DNA of 64,000 bases from a virus: positions 16,724 to 80,723 of the IMG/VR virus record IMGVR_UViG_3300036820_000012; one strand, written 5' to 3'. Shown here one piece after another: positions 17,388-26,817 of the stretch (its first letter is position 1; each line of letters opens with the position of its first letter). Made by a program: the position numbers and the translations under genes. A model generated the notes under the pieces. That model had not been told where the DNA came from. It saw only the letters and a program-made list of their open reading frames with translations, and ran no database searches.

Positions 17388-17681
17388 GGGGCGGCTACGC
17401 GGCGGGAGAAGGGGAGGCTATCGAGAGGGGCGCCCGCGCGAGGGCAGGCGCAAAAGGTATCGTGCTCATGGGCTTCACCGTGTTCTTAGCGGAGGCGGTG
17501 TGGTCAAGTCCCTGGCGGTGGCCGAGAATCCATCGCTGGGGGCGTTTTAAGTTGTGCCGACCACAATAGCGGATAGTCGCTACCTGATCACTGGCGGTCG
17601 AAAAGCTGACCGATAGCGCTCTCGTTAGCGCTTACCCGATTACCCGACGTGACGGAGTGGTGACCGGTAGGGTCTGCGGGC

Positions 17682-17888
17682 ATGACCAACGGGGGATGGT
17701 TAGCAAGAAGGCGCCGGCGGCAGGCCGCGTGGTGCGTGACCGGGTTCGGTGCCCTCTGCTTCAGCGCGGCGCTCGTCCTTTACGCAGCCCGGGTGATCTC
17801 GCGTGAAGGTGCGATGGCGGTCACTGAACTGGCTGTGCTCGTGGTGCTGGGAGGTGCCCGGTGTGCGTACCTGTGGCGCCGTCAGTGA
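17682..17888 (+). CDS. Small two-TM membrane protein (moron)
   Basis: Two hydrophobic helices; TAGGGT 8 nt before ATG. Confidence 0.6.
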   Translation: MTNGGWLARRRRRQAAWCVTGFGALCFSAALVLYAARVISREGAMAVTELAVLVVLGGARCAYLWRRQ

Positions 17889-17896
17889 CCAGGCGC

Positions 17897-20800
17897 CTAG
17901 GTATTGATCCCGGTGGCCCGGCACTTCTCCACCCAGTACGTGCCGTTGTAGATGAACGTGACCGAGTCGGTGTAGTTCGCCGTCGCGGTCGCTGACGGAG
18001 CCGAAGCGCCGGCGAACTTGCACGCCGTCGGCCACGCGTAGGTGCGTGACCCGGTGGCGTCCTGAATCCACTGGATGGTCAGTTCCTGCCCGGTCACGGG
18101 GTTGGTGATGGACGAACTGGTTGCGTTCGCCTCCAGGGTGACGGCCTGGACGTTGCCGTTGTTCGCGTTGATCGTGACCGCGCCGTTTGAGGCCAGCGTC
18201 TGGGTGGCGATGAGGTCAGCGACGCCGCCGCCGAACACGGTCTGCGCGGCGTTGCAGGTGATCGGGTTCAAACTCTCGCTGCCGTTGTAGAGCCTGAACG
18301 GGATGCCGCCGCCCGAGCTGTATGCAAGCCCGAGACCCCATGACACGTCACTGCTGAGCCACACCGCTATGCGCCTGTTGTCGGTGCCGTCGTTCTGGTA
18401 GGCGGTGAACCCGACCGTGCCCGCCGCGCTTTCCGTCGTGACGCTGAACTGGCCCTGCTGCAGTGGCAGCGCGGTGTTCCTCGGGGGCGCGCCGTTGACG
18501 TACATGTATGACGGGACGATCACGCCATAGCCGGGGTCAATAACCTGGCAAGTCGTCCCGGACGTGTCGGTGTAGTTTGCGACGCTGCTGTCGACGTAGA
18601 GCGGGCCGATGATGTAGTTGTAGTTGCTGTCAGCGTCAGTGGTCCAGCCGGTCGCGTTCGCCTCGAACCGGCAGCCGTCGATCACGTTGCCGGTGCTGTT
18701 GCCGCCAGAGCCTCCGGTCGAGGTCATCGCCACGCCGGTCGTGTTGGACTCGAACTGGCAGCCGAGGAACTGGTTCTGGTTGGAGTCGGCTATCGCCACG
18801 CCCGTCGTGCCGCCGCTGCCCCGGCAGCCCATGAGGGTGTTGGAGTTGGAGCCTTCCCCGCCGATCTGCCAGCCGGTGCCGTTGCCGATGGAGTCGACGT
18901 TCTGGAACCGGTTGTAGACGCAGCCGCCATCGGTCGTGGAGGTGAGGCTGACACCGGTCCCGAAATCGGTGACCAGGACGTCCTTGACGGTGGCCGCGCT
19001 GCGGCTGTTGAGGTCCAGGCCGATCGTCGCGTTGCCGGAGTCGGCGCCGTAGAGCTCAAAGCCTTCCAGGTGCCCGAACGTGATCAGCGTGCCGGGGCTC
19101 GGGTTGGCGAACGCGGAGCCGGAGGTGATCGTGGAGTGGAACTTGGTGACGTCCTCACCCTGGCCGGTGATGGAGATGCCCTGCGCCCAGTTGATGGTTG
19201 TGAACGCGAACGTCCCGGCCCCGGCGGTGATCATCCCGGGGCTGCCGCCGAGGGCGGAGATGGCCCCGGCGAGGGTGGCTTTCGCCGACCCCCAGGACAG
19301 CCCGTCGCCGGTGTCGCTGGCATAGGCGTCCGACGACAGGTAGATCACCGCGTCAGCGGAGGTGCCCTTGGCCGCGTACGGGACCGTGACCACGCCGTAG
19401 GCGTCGTCGATCTCCGTTGCGGCGGCGGATGAGCCGCGGTAGTAGGTGACGCGGTTGGTTGAGGCGTCGTTGAAGATCCCGTAGACGTTGACGTGGGCCG
19501 GGGCCTGCCCGGCGAACCCGGCGGAGATCGTCCCCGAGCCCGAGGAGAGGGTGACGCCGGTCAGCGTCGTCGAGGTCGTGCCGGTGTAGGCGAGCACCGC
19601 GGTGCCTGCGGAGGTGGGGACCGTGACCGTGCCGGAGCCAGCGAAAACTGATGTGGGAGAGGTGTTGCGGAGGGTTCCCTGGAGGGTCAGCGTCGTGACC
19701 GAGGACACGTTCAGGCCCACGGAGGCGGAGGCCAGGACGGCCTGGGCCTGCACGGTTCCCGTCGTGCAGGTCAGCACCGGCCCGATCGTCCCGGTGCTGT
19801 ACCCGGACGGCAGCCAGACCGCGCCGGCGTGGCCGAGGGTGTCCCACGCGTCGGTGACGGTGTTCGCCCCGATGGTGAAGCCGTCGTTGTCGTGGTAGAG
19901 GCAGATCCCCGCCGGGCCGCAGCCGTGGACCGTGTTCCCGGTGATCACCAGGCTCTGGGTGGCGAACGCGGTGATGCCGCCCTCGGTGACCGTCGACTCG
20001 TAGGGCTGCCCGTAGCCGGTGACCTCGTTCCCGGTCACCGAGCACCCGGTGGCCGGGTCAGTGGGTGACCCGGTGGTGACGATGGCGCCGGAGACGACGA
20101 TCCCGTATGTCCCCTGCCCGGCGCCGAGCGCCCCGATGTCGGCGACGTTCCCGGTGATCTTGACCCGGTGGGGGCCGGTGACGGGCGTGCTGGCGGTGTC
20201 GTGCTGGGCGCCGACCTGAATGGCGAGGTTGCAGCCCTGGACGATGTTGTTCGCGATCGTGACGTTGGTCCCGGCGTGCATGTCGATGCCGGTCCAGATT
20301 GCAACATTGGTGACCGTGTTGCCGGTGATGGCGATGTTCTCGCACACCGGGTCGATGGAGCCGACGCCGAGGATCGCTTCCGACAGGCTGATCCCGTAGC
20401 AGTCCGTGGAGTTCGAGGACGACCCGGTGATGTTGTTCACCCGGTTATCCGCTATCTGCCCGGTGGCCACGCTGAGGTAGACGCAGCCCGCGTACTGGAT
20501 GTCGTAGATGTCGTTATCGGCGACCACAACATCGTTCGCGTACTGCGCGTACACGCCGTAGGCGCCCCAGCTTGAGATCGCGGCGTGGCGGATGCGGATG
20601 AAGCTGATGTAGGACGAGGACGATGCGCCGGTTACCTTGATCGCTGACTCTGATGCGTGGTAGGCGGCGTACTGCGGGCCGGTGAGCGCGGGGCCGTCCC
20701 AGGTGAACCCGCCTGCGGTGACCAGCACGCCCGCCGTGTTGGAGGTGACCTGGATGATCGTGGCGCTGCCGTAGAAGGCCAGGGATTTGCTGACCGTCAG

Positions 20801-21556
20801 CGCGGTGTCGATGTAGTACGGGGCGCTGGCGTTCAGCGTGATGGCGCTCCCCGCCGGGGCCGCGCTGATGAGGGCCGACAGCGCGGCGTAATCGGTTGCC
20901 CCGGAGGTGTCGTTACTGGGCGCGGGGACCGCCACGCCCGTGCCGCCGCTGCCCGTCGCCAGTGTGGAACTCAGCCCCGCTGCGGTCCCGGAAGTGCTCG
21001 CGGCATTGGCCGGGATGTCGGCGGAGACGAGCCCGCGGAACGACGGTGCGCCAGTGCCGCCGCTCCCTGGCCCGGCGAAGATCTCGTTCTGCGGCGCGCC
21101 GGTTTCCGTTCCGGTGCCGCCCTGGTTTACGGGCAGCGCGGCTGTCAGGTGGGTGCTGACCACGGCGGGAACGGCGGTGGTGCCGCCGAGATCCCCGGCG
21201 AGCTGCACGGTGCCCGAGGTGCCGCTTTCGAGGGCCGCGATGGCTGCGGTGTTCGCCTGGATCAGCGCCGGCTCATAGCCGGTTGTGCCGTGCTCGACCT
21301 GCGCGCCCGCGTTGTGCGCCTGCTGCGTGGTTCCGTCTATCCCGCGGGTGCAGGGGAGGGTGTACGGGCCGGTCCCGGTCGGGGCTGAGGTGACCAGGAT
21401 CGCTTCCTGCGCCGACGTGCCCCAGTCGATCAGGACAGGAAAGGGATATTCCGTCGGCCACGTTCCGGGCAGGTTCAGCACCGAGGGATTCCCGCTGGCC
21501 CCGAGGGCCGAAGACAGGACTGTCGGGAGCGCTGTGCTGACGTAATACCGGGTCAC
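17897..21556 (-). CDS. Tailspike/receptor-binding protein with right-handed beta-helix domains
   Basis: N-terminal TRGIDGTT.QAH.AGA.V.H anchor; repeated ITGNTV/GCQFESN rungs in two blocks. Confidence 0.85.
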   Translation of the reverse strand: MTRYYVSTALPTVLSSALGASGNPSVLNLPGTWPTEYPFPVLIDWGTSAQEAILVTSAPTGTGPYTLPCTRGIDGTTQQAHNAGAQVEHGTTGYEPALIQANTAAIAALESGTSGTVQLAGDLGGTTAVPAVVSTHLTAALPVNQGGTGTETGAPQNEIFAGPGSGGTGAPSFRGLVSADIPANAASTSGTAAGLSSTLATGSGGTGVAVPAPSNDTSGATDYAALSALISAAPAGSAITLNASAPYYIDTALTVSKSLAFYGSATIIQVTSNTAGVLVTAGGFTWDGPALTGPQYAAYHASESAIKVTGASSSSYISFIRIRHAAISSWGAYGVYAQYANDVVVADNDIYDIQYAGCVYLSVATGQIADNRVNNITGSSSNSTDCYGISLSEAILGVGSIDPVCENIAITGNTVTNVAIWTGIDMHAGTNVTIANNIVQGCNLAIQVGAQHDTASTPVTGPHRVKITGNVADIGALGAGQGTYGIVVSGAIVTTGSPTDPATGCSVTGNEVTGYGQPYESTVTEGGITAFATQSLVITGNTVHGCGPAGICLYHDNDGFTIGANTVTDAWDTLGHAGAVWLPSGYSTGTIGPVLTCTTGTVQAQAVLASASVGLNVSSVTTLTLQGTLRNTSPTSVFAGSGTVTVPTSAGTAVLAYTGTTSTTLTGVTLSSGSGTISAGFAGQAPAHVNVYGIFNDASTNRVTYYRGSSAAATEIDDAYGVVTVPYAAKGTSADAVIYLSSDAYASDTGDGLSWGSAKATLAGAISALGGSPGMITAGAGTFAFTTINWAQGISITGQGEDVTKFHSTITSGSAFANPSPGTLITFGHLEGFELYGADSGNATIGLDLNSRSAATVKDVLVTDFGTGVSLTSTTDGGCVYNRFQNVDSIGNGTGWQIGGEGSNSNTLMGCRGSGGTTGVAIADSNQNQFLGCQFESNTTGVAMTSTGGSGGNSTGNVIDGCRFEANATGWTTDADSNYNYIIGPLYVDSSVANYTDTSGTTCQVIDPGYGVIVPSYMYVNGAPPRNTALPLQQGQFSVTTESAAGTVGFTAYQNDGTDNRRIAVWLSSDVSWGLGLAYSSGGGIPFRLYNGSESLNPITCNAAQTVFGGGVADLIATQTLASNGAVTINANNGNVQAVTLEANATSSSITNPVTGQELTIQWIQDATGSRTYAWPTACKFAGASAPSATATANYTDSVTFIYNGTYWVEKCRATGINT

Positions 21557-21609
21557 AGCGCCCCCTCAGGAACAGGTAAAGCGTGCTTGACCCAAATTCG
21601 GGCGAACCG

Positions 21610-22977
21610 TTACTGGAAGTACGTCACGACCAGGACGTAGCCCTGGGCGCCGGTCCCGCCCGCTCCGGAGCTGAACGCGGATTCCGCGGCACCCCCTCCG
21701 CCACCCCCGCCGCCATAGCCTGCGGCGTTTGCGCCCTGCTGGGCGTTCGTGGTGATGGACGACGCGCCGCCGCCAGCGCCAGTGCCGCAGTTGCCGCGGA
21801 CGGCGACGGAGTTCCCGCCGCCCGGCGCGGTGCTGTCCACGACGCCGCCAGTCGCGGTGTTGCCGGTGGATGGCCCCAGCACGGATGTGCCGGCGGCGCT
21901 GCCGTTGCAGGCAGCCGGCGTGGTGATGGTCAGGCCGCCTCCCGCGCCGCCTCCCGCCGCGGCCACTGCCGTTGATGAGGTCGCCCCGATGGTGCCCGCT
22001 GCAATGCTGGGCGAGCCGGCGCCGCCGGCCGCGATCCCGGTCCCGCCGTTGCCGCCCGCTGCGGCAGTCCCGGCCCCCCCGCCGTTACCGCCAAACCCGC
22101 GGATCGCCTGGAGGTAGCCGCCGAACAGGGAGTTGCCTCCCGCAGTCCCGGTGTTTCCGGGATTCGTCCCGGTGACGGACGCGCCAGTACCCGAGCCGGC
22201 CGCACCAACGGTGACAGTGACGGTGCCGGTGAGGTCAGCCGCCGCGAACAGGCCCCATGCCGCACCGCCTCCCCCTCCGCCGCTCCCGCCGGTCCTGGCC
22301 GCCGCAGAGGTCCCCGCTGCCCCGGAGCCGCCCTGGCCCCCGCCGGCGACGGCGAACGCGTAGACCAGCGCCGCGCCCGCCGGCATAGTCCACGTGAACG
22401 TGCCCGGCGTGCCGTTGAACCACTGGACGTTCGGCGCCTTGACCCCGAGGTTCGTCAGCGCGGTGCTGGCACTAGTGAGATCCGACAGGTTGTTCGCGGT
22501 CTGCGCGACGGCTGCGGACGCCAGGGTTGCGGCAGTGCCGAGGCCGAGGGCCGTCCGGGTGGCGCTGCTGTTCAGCGCGTTGCCGGCGATCTGCGCCACG
22601 GCGGGGTTCGGGTAGGTGCCCGACAGGTCCCCGCCAGCGGCCCCGGTGGGCGGGCCCCCGCCGCCAGTCTGTCCCTCTAAGCTGTATGCCAGTTCAGCCG
22701 TTATCGTCCCAGTGCCGCTGTAGCCGGACAGAACAGCCTGGAAATACTGATACAAAATGCCGGTTCCCATGCTCGTCCCGGCCGTCGTGCTCGTGATCGC
22801 CGAGCCGATAGCGCCGAAGTTGAAACCGTCGATAGAGCCTTGCAGGACGACCGAAAATGCGGACACGGTGCCCGTCGTGGAGACCGAAAGCGTTAGGTTC
22901 CCGTAGGGCGTCCCGAGCCCGGCAACAGGCCCGGTTGTGTTCGCCGAGACAGCGTTCAGCAGGGTGACAACAGCCAT
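21610..22977 (-). CDS. Glycine-rich tail/fibre protein
   Basis: GTFTWTMPAGA...GGGQGG...GAQGYVLVVTY Gly-rich domain. Confidence 0.8.
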   Translation of the reverse strand: MAVVTLLNAVSANTTGPVAGLGTPYGNLTLSVSTTGTVSAFSVVLQGSIDGFNFGAIGSAITSTTAGTSMGTGILYQYFQAVLSGYSGTGTITAELAYSLEGQTGGGGPPTGAAGGDLSGTYPNPAVAQIAGNALNSSATRTALGLGTAATLASAAVAQTANNLSDLTSASTALTNLGVKAPNVQWFNGTPGTFTWTMPAGAALVYAFAVAGGGQGGSGAAGTSAAARTGGSGGGGGGAAWGLFAAADLTGTVTVTVGAAGSGTGASVTGTNPGNTGTAGGNSLFGGYLQAIRGFGGNGGGAGTAAAGGNGGTGIAAGGAGSPSIAAGTIGATSSTAVAAAGGGAGGGLTITTPAACNGSAAGTSVLGPSTGNTATGGVVDSTAPGGGNSVAVRGNCGTGAGGGASSITTNAQQGANAAGYGGGGGGGGAAESAFSSGAGGTGAQGYVLVVTYFQ

Positions 22978-22989
22978 CGGGCAGTCCTC

Positions 22990-23121
22990 TCAGGAGCCGG
23001 TCGGGACCGTAAGCAGGGTGGTTGCGTCGTGGGTGATCACGTTCACGCCCCCAGGAGCAGCCACAGCCACGTAGGAGACGACGGTGACCTGGAGGTAGGT
23101 CGGCGCGGCGGGCAGGCTCAC
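22990..23121 (-). CDS. 43-aa tail-region peptide
   Basis: GTGA overlap with upstream gene; fills the gap. Confidence 0.4.
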   Translation of the reverse strand: MSLPAAPTYLQVTVVSYVAVAAPGGVNVITHDATTLLTVPTGS

Positions 23122-23468
23122 GGCTGCGTCACCGCGGGCGTGACAGTGAACAGCCCGGCCAGCAGCGTGACCACGTCCCCGCCGCCGTCCGTCATCTGCA
23201 GGTCGTAGACGCCGGCGCCGAACGCCCAGCCCGTGGTGACCGAGGGAGCGGCCAGCAGCGTGATGGTCCCCGCTGACCCGCCGAGGGTGATCGAGGCGTC
23301 CGTGGTCGTGAAGCTGGCGAGCAGTGCGCCTGCCTCGGAGCGGACCTGCATGGCGGCTGAGGCCCAGGCGCTCAGGTTGACCGGGGTCGCCTGATCCGAT
23401 TCGAGCCAGTAGAACTCGAGGTAGAACGTGGCCCCCTGGTCAGCCGTGATGTCGAACTGCGCGCTCAC
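23118..23468 (-). CDS. Beta-sandwich tail fibre adaptor-like protein
   Basis: ADQGATF...PVNLS....MQVR...GTITL...VYDLQMT....V.TLLAG.FTV. Confidence 0.75.
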   Translation of the reverse strand: MSAQFDITADQGATFYLEFYWLESDQATPVNLSAWASAAMQVRSEAGALLASFTTTDASITLGGSAGTITLLAAPSVTTGWAFGAGVYDLQMTDGGGDVVTLLAGLFTVTPAVTQP

Positions 23469-23478
23469 GGCACCTCCG

Positions 23479-24318
23479 TCACAGCATCCCGCTCATCAGC
23501 ACGCCGCCCGGCCCGTAGCCGTAGCCAGGAGGTGGTGGAGGCGGCGGAGGACCGCCCCCGCCAGAGGTGGACCAGGTGATGATCACCTGGCCGGGTGCGC
23601 CAAGACCGCCGGTCCAGTACTGGCTGCTGCCGAAGAACGAGCCGCTGGGAGGCGAACTCGCGCCACCACCACCACCGCCCGGGCTGCTGCCAGCGACTCC
23701 GTTGCCGCCTCCAACAGCGCCGCTGGCCCCCCCGGCGCCACCGCCAGCGACCGCAGCGCCGCCCGCAGCCGGGTACGCCTGGATGTCCGGCGGCGTCTGG
23801 CCCGCGTTCCCGGGCACTGACGGGCCCGCTGAGGACCCGCCGCCTCCGCCGAGCCCGGAGATGTAGCTCCCTGCCCCGCCTGCGCCCCCGGCGTTCTCCG
23901 GGTTCGCTGAGCCGCCGCCCCCGGTGCCGCCGATGGCCGGGTAGGACTGCGTCTGCGACTGCCCGCCGCCGCCGCCGTGGGCTACGATGGAACTGCCGCC
24001 CACGGTCGTGGCAGCCCCGGCCGAGCCGTTGCCGCCGAAGTTCGGCGGCAGGCCGCCAGCCGCGCCCCCGCCGCCGATCACGATGGTGACGGTGCCGGAC
24101 ACCGACAGGGCCGCCACGGACGCGTACTCCCCGCCGCCGCCGCCGCAGCCCGCGTAGGCCGTGGTGTCGCCGGACGCGTCGTTCTGCACGATGCCGGCCT
24201 GGCCACCGCCGCCGCCCGCACCCCAGCACTGAACCGTAGCCACGGTTACGCCTGCGGGGACGCTCCAGGAGTACGTTCCGGCACCGGAGCCAGCCGGCGG
24301 CCAGGTCTGGGACGGCAA
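23479..24318 (-). CDS. Glycine-rich tail protein
   Basis: WSVPAGVT.ATVQCWGAGGGGG...GAPGQVIITW. Confidence 0.8.
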   Translation of the reverse strand: MPSQTWPPAGSGAGTYSWSVPAGVTVATVQCWGAGGGGGQAGIVQNDASGDTTAYAGCGGGGGEYASVAALSVSGTVTIVIGGGGAAGGLPPNFGGNGSAGAATTVGGSSIVAHGGGGGQSQTQSYPAIGGTGGGGSANPENAGGAGGAGSYISGLGGGGGSSAGPSVPGNAGQTPPDIQAYPAAGGAAVAGGGAGGASGAVGGGNGVAGSSPGGGGGGASSPPSGSFFGSSQYWTGGLGAPGQVIITWSTSGGGGPPPPPPPPGYGYGPGGVLMSGML

Positions 24319-24319
24319 G

Positions 24320-26557
24320 CTAGACCGCTGCGACCGTGATGGTGACCGGGGCGCCCAGCGTGCCCGTCGGCGTGGTGCCGGACTGGCCGATGGCCTGGAT
24401 GGTCAGCGTGCCCGTGGCGATAGCGCCGAGCAGGTCGAACTGGTAGCTGCTGCCGCTCGTCAGGCCGCTTACAACGAAGACGAGATTGTGGAACAGCTTG
24501 ATGTTCGCGCTGCTGACCTCGCAGGTGATGACGTTGCCGACCGGCGTGGTAGTCCCGTGGTCTGCGAGCGCGAAACCGTAAACCTGGTTGGCGCTCGCCA
24601 TCGTTGCCGAGCAGGTCACGGTGACCACGACCGTGCCGCTGGCTGGCGCAAGGAACGAATTAGTGGTCAGCACCGAGGACGAGAAGGCGCTGAGCGTCGA
24701 GCCGGACGCCGTATAGGTGGTCAGGCTGCCCGGGTTTACGACAGTGGGGACGCAGAGGTACTGGCCAGAGACGGTGCCGGCGGCCACGGACGGGTTGGCG
24801 TAGGTGCCGTTGCCGCAGAGGAAGTCGCTGGAATTGCCGTTCGGCTGCGGGGTTTGCGGGATCGCCGCAGAGGCGGAGTCGATGATGGCGGAGATGAACG
24901 AGCCGCCGCCGCCGAACACAACGTTGCCGTCCAGCCGGATAGCACCCGACGGGATACCGCTGTGCCCGCTGAGCTGCAGGAGCGCCGTGACCGAGGAGCC
25001 GTTCAGATTACATTCGTTGCCCTGGAACGACATCTCGGCGGGCGACCCGACGCTGACTGCGACCAGGCTGACCGCTGTTGACGTGGATGCGGCCAGCAGG
25101 TGGTTGGAGTTAAAAACGCCCTTATCGTTGGCAAGCTGGACGCAGACGTCAGAACCGTCCTGGTCGAAATAATTGCCGACAATTGAATAGTCCCCGGCTT
25201 GCGAACCGAGGGACAGGTGGTAGCCGCCCGAGGATGCGCCCGTGTAGGTGGCGTGCACGCCGTTCATCTGCAGGCCGCCGCCACCCGCCGTGGCACCGAG
25301 CGTCACGTTTTGCAGGCAGGCGTGCAGCAAGCCGCCCCGGAGCCGCAAGTCAGTTATTCCTGCGCCGTCGCCGTATATGCCGCGCCACGAGGCCGAGAAG
25401 ATAGACCCGTCGCTCTCGAATCCGACGCCGTTGCCAGCCGTCCCCGACGCCAGTTGCACGCAGGTCCCGGTACTGCCCGGCCGGTCGAAGTTGCCCAGGA
25501 AGCACCGGTCCATGTACACATCGGCCGTGTCGGTGATCAGGATGCCGATGCAGTTCGCGGCATAAGTCGACGACGTGCCGGCTACCACGCCGGACATGCA
25601 CAGGCCCCGGAGCTTGACCCCGCACGGGTTGGTGGTGGGCGCCCCGGATGTGCCGATAGCCATCAGCGGGGTCGGCGAGCCCGTGGGGAAGCTGCTGGAC
25701 GGCTGGATGCAGCCGCCGACGAACGTGTCCGGGAAGACCCCGCCGCCCCGGTTGCCCTGGCCGGTGCAGAGGATGTCCACGCCGGGCAGCAGCGTGAACG
25801 TGGAGTCAACCGCGCAGGGCTGCTCGATCACCAGCGGGCCCGGGTTCGTGCCTGCGTTGATCGCGGCGATTGCAGCCGTGAGCGCTACCTGGTCACCGGA
25901 GGTGCCGGTGATAGTTCCGAAATCCTCTGGATGCGTACCCGTGGTCGATGCCCACCTGGCCGCCGTGGGGGACGTCGCAACCGGCGCAAGCCCCGCTGCG
26001 GGTGTGCCCGTGAGGGTCACGCCAATGCCTGCCGCATTGCCGCCCGTGGTCGAGCCCAGGAACTTCCACAGCGAGGTACCCGCGTTGTAGCTGAACCCAA
26101 CGACGTCGGTCGCCCCAGCCGCGGTGGACAGCACGGGAGCGGAGCCGCCGGTCCCGAAGTCGAACGCGGCGTTCCAGGTCACGAGCCGGGAGCCGGTGCC
26201 GTCCTGGGTGAGCCAGATCTGGATGGTCTGCCCGTCAGTGGGGGAGACCGGCGCGGCGAAGGTGGGGCTGCCGGTCAGGGTGACCCGGAAGTCATTGCCC
26301 TGCGTCGCCGTGATCGTGATCGTGGAGGCGTAGGAGAGCGAGGCGACCGAGGGCGCGACGTAGCCGGTGTACTCGGCGCCGGACAGCAGGGCGTACCCGG
26401 AGCCGCCGCCTCCGCCACCAGAGCCGCCGAGCTGGGAGACCGTGATTATCTTGGTCGTTCCCGCTGGCGACTGGGTTGGGTCAGAGACGTCAACGATGGG
26501 GATGACGTCAGCGCCCTCAACCGTGACGATGGCCGGGTAACTCGTGATGTCGGGCAC
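24320..26557 (-). CDS. Second beta-helix receptor-binding protein
   Basis: PEDFG....DQVALTAAIAA pectate-lyase-like start followed by beta-helix rungs. Confidence 0.8.
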   Translation of the reverse strand: MPDITSYPAIVTVEGADVIPIVDVSDPTQSPAGTTKIITVSQLGGSGGGGGGSGYALLSGAEYTGYVAPSVASLSYASTITITATQGNDFRVTLTGSPTFAAPVSPTDGQTIQIWLTQDGTGSRLVTWNAAFDFGTGGSAPVLSTAAGATDVVGFSYNAGTSLWKFLGSTTGGNAAGIGVTLTGTPAAGLAPVATSPTAARWASTTGTHPEDFGTITGTSGDQVALTAAIAAINAGTNPGPLVIEQPCAVDSTFTLLPGVDILCTGQGNRGGGVFPDTFVGGCIQPSSSFPTGSPTPLMAIGTSGAPTTNPCGVKLRGLCMSGVVAGTSSTYAANCIGILITDTADVYMDRCFLGNFDRPGSTGTCVQLASGTAGNGVGFESDGSIFSASWRGIYGDGAGITDLRLRGGLLHACLQNVTLGATAGGGGLQMNGVHATYTGASSGGYHLSLGSQAGDYSIVGNYFDQDGSDVCVQLANDKGVFNSNHLLAASTSTAVSLVAVSVGSPAEMSFQGNECNLNGSSVTALLQLSGHSGIPSGAIRLDGNVVFGGGGSFISAIIDSASAAIPQTPQPNGNSSDFLCGNGTYANPSVAAGTVSGQYLCVPTVVNPGSLTTYTASGSTLSAFSSSVLTTNSFLAPASGTVVVTVTCSATMASANQVYGFALADHGTTTPVGNVITCEVSSANIKLFHNLVFVVSGLTSGSSYQFDLLGAIATGTLTIQAIGQSGTTPTGTLGAPVTITVAAV

Positions 26558-26610
26558 GAACCCCCCTGCTCTGCTGGGCGTGAGTGCGTGCCGGACGGAA
26601 GGATGACGGC

Positions 26611-26808
26611 ATGAGCGTCTTCGAACTGTTCAGGCAGACGTGCGATGGCTGCGGCGCGGCGATCGACGACATGGCCAAGCACGTCGTGTGGCACGAGGGA
26701 CTCAGCGAGATCACGCGGCTGGTTGTCGCACCTGACGTGTCAAAAGAGGACTGGGCCGAGGCCGCAGAGCAAGCCGCAGCGAGACGGCGCGAGGACGAAC
26801 GGAGCTAG
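26611..26808 (+). CDS. Small zinc-finger-like protein (antisense moron)
   Basis: CDGCGA....KH..WH; fills the gap between tail genes. Confidence 0.6.
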   Translation: MSVFELFRQTCDGCGAAIDDMAKHVVWHEGLSEITRLVVAPDVSKEDWAEAAEQAAARRREDERS

Positions 26809-26817
26809 GCGGCGCGG

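Noticed and set aside
17897-26557. Diversity-generating retroelement or shufflon acting on tail fibres
   Set aside because: No reverse transcriptase, no template/variable repeat pair and no inverted alternative fibre ends seen
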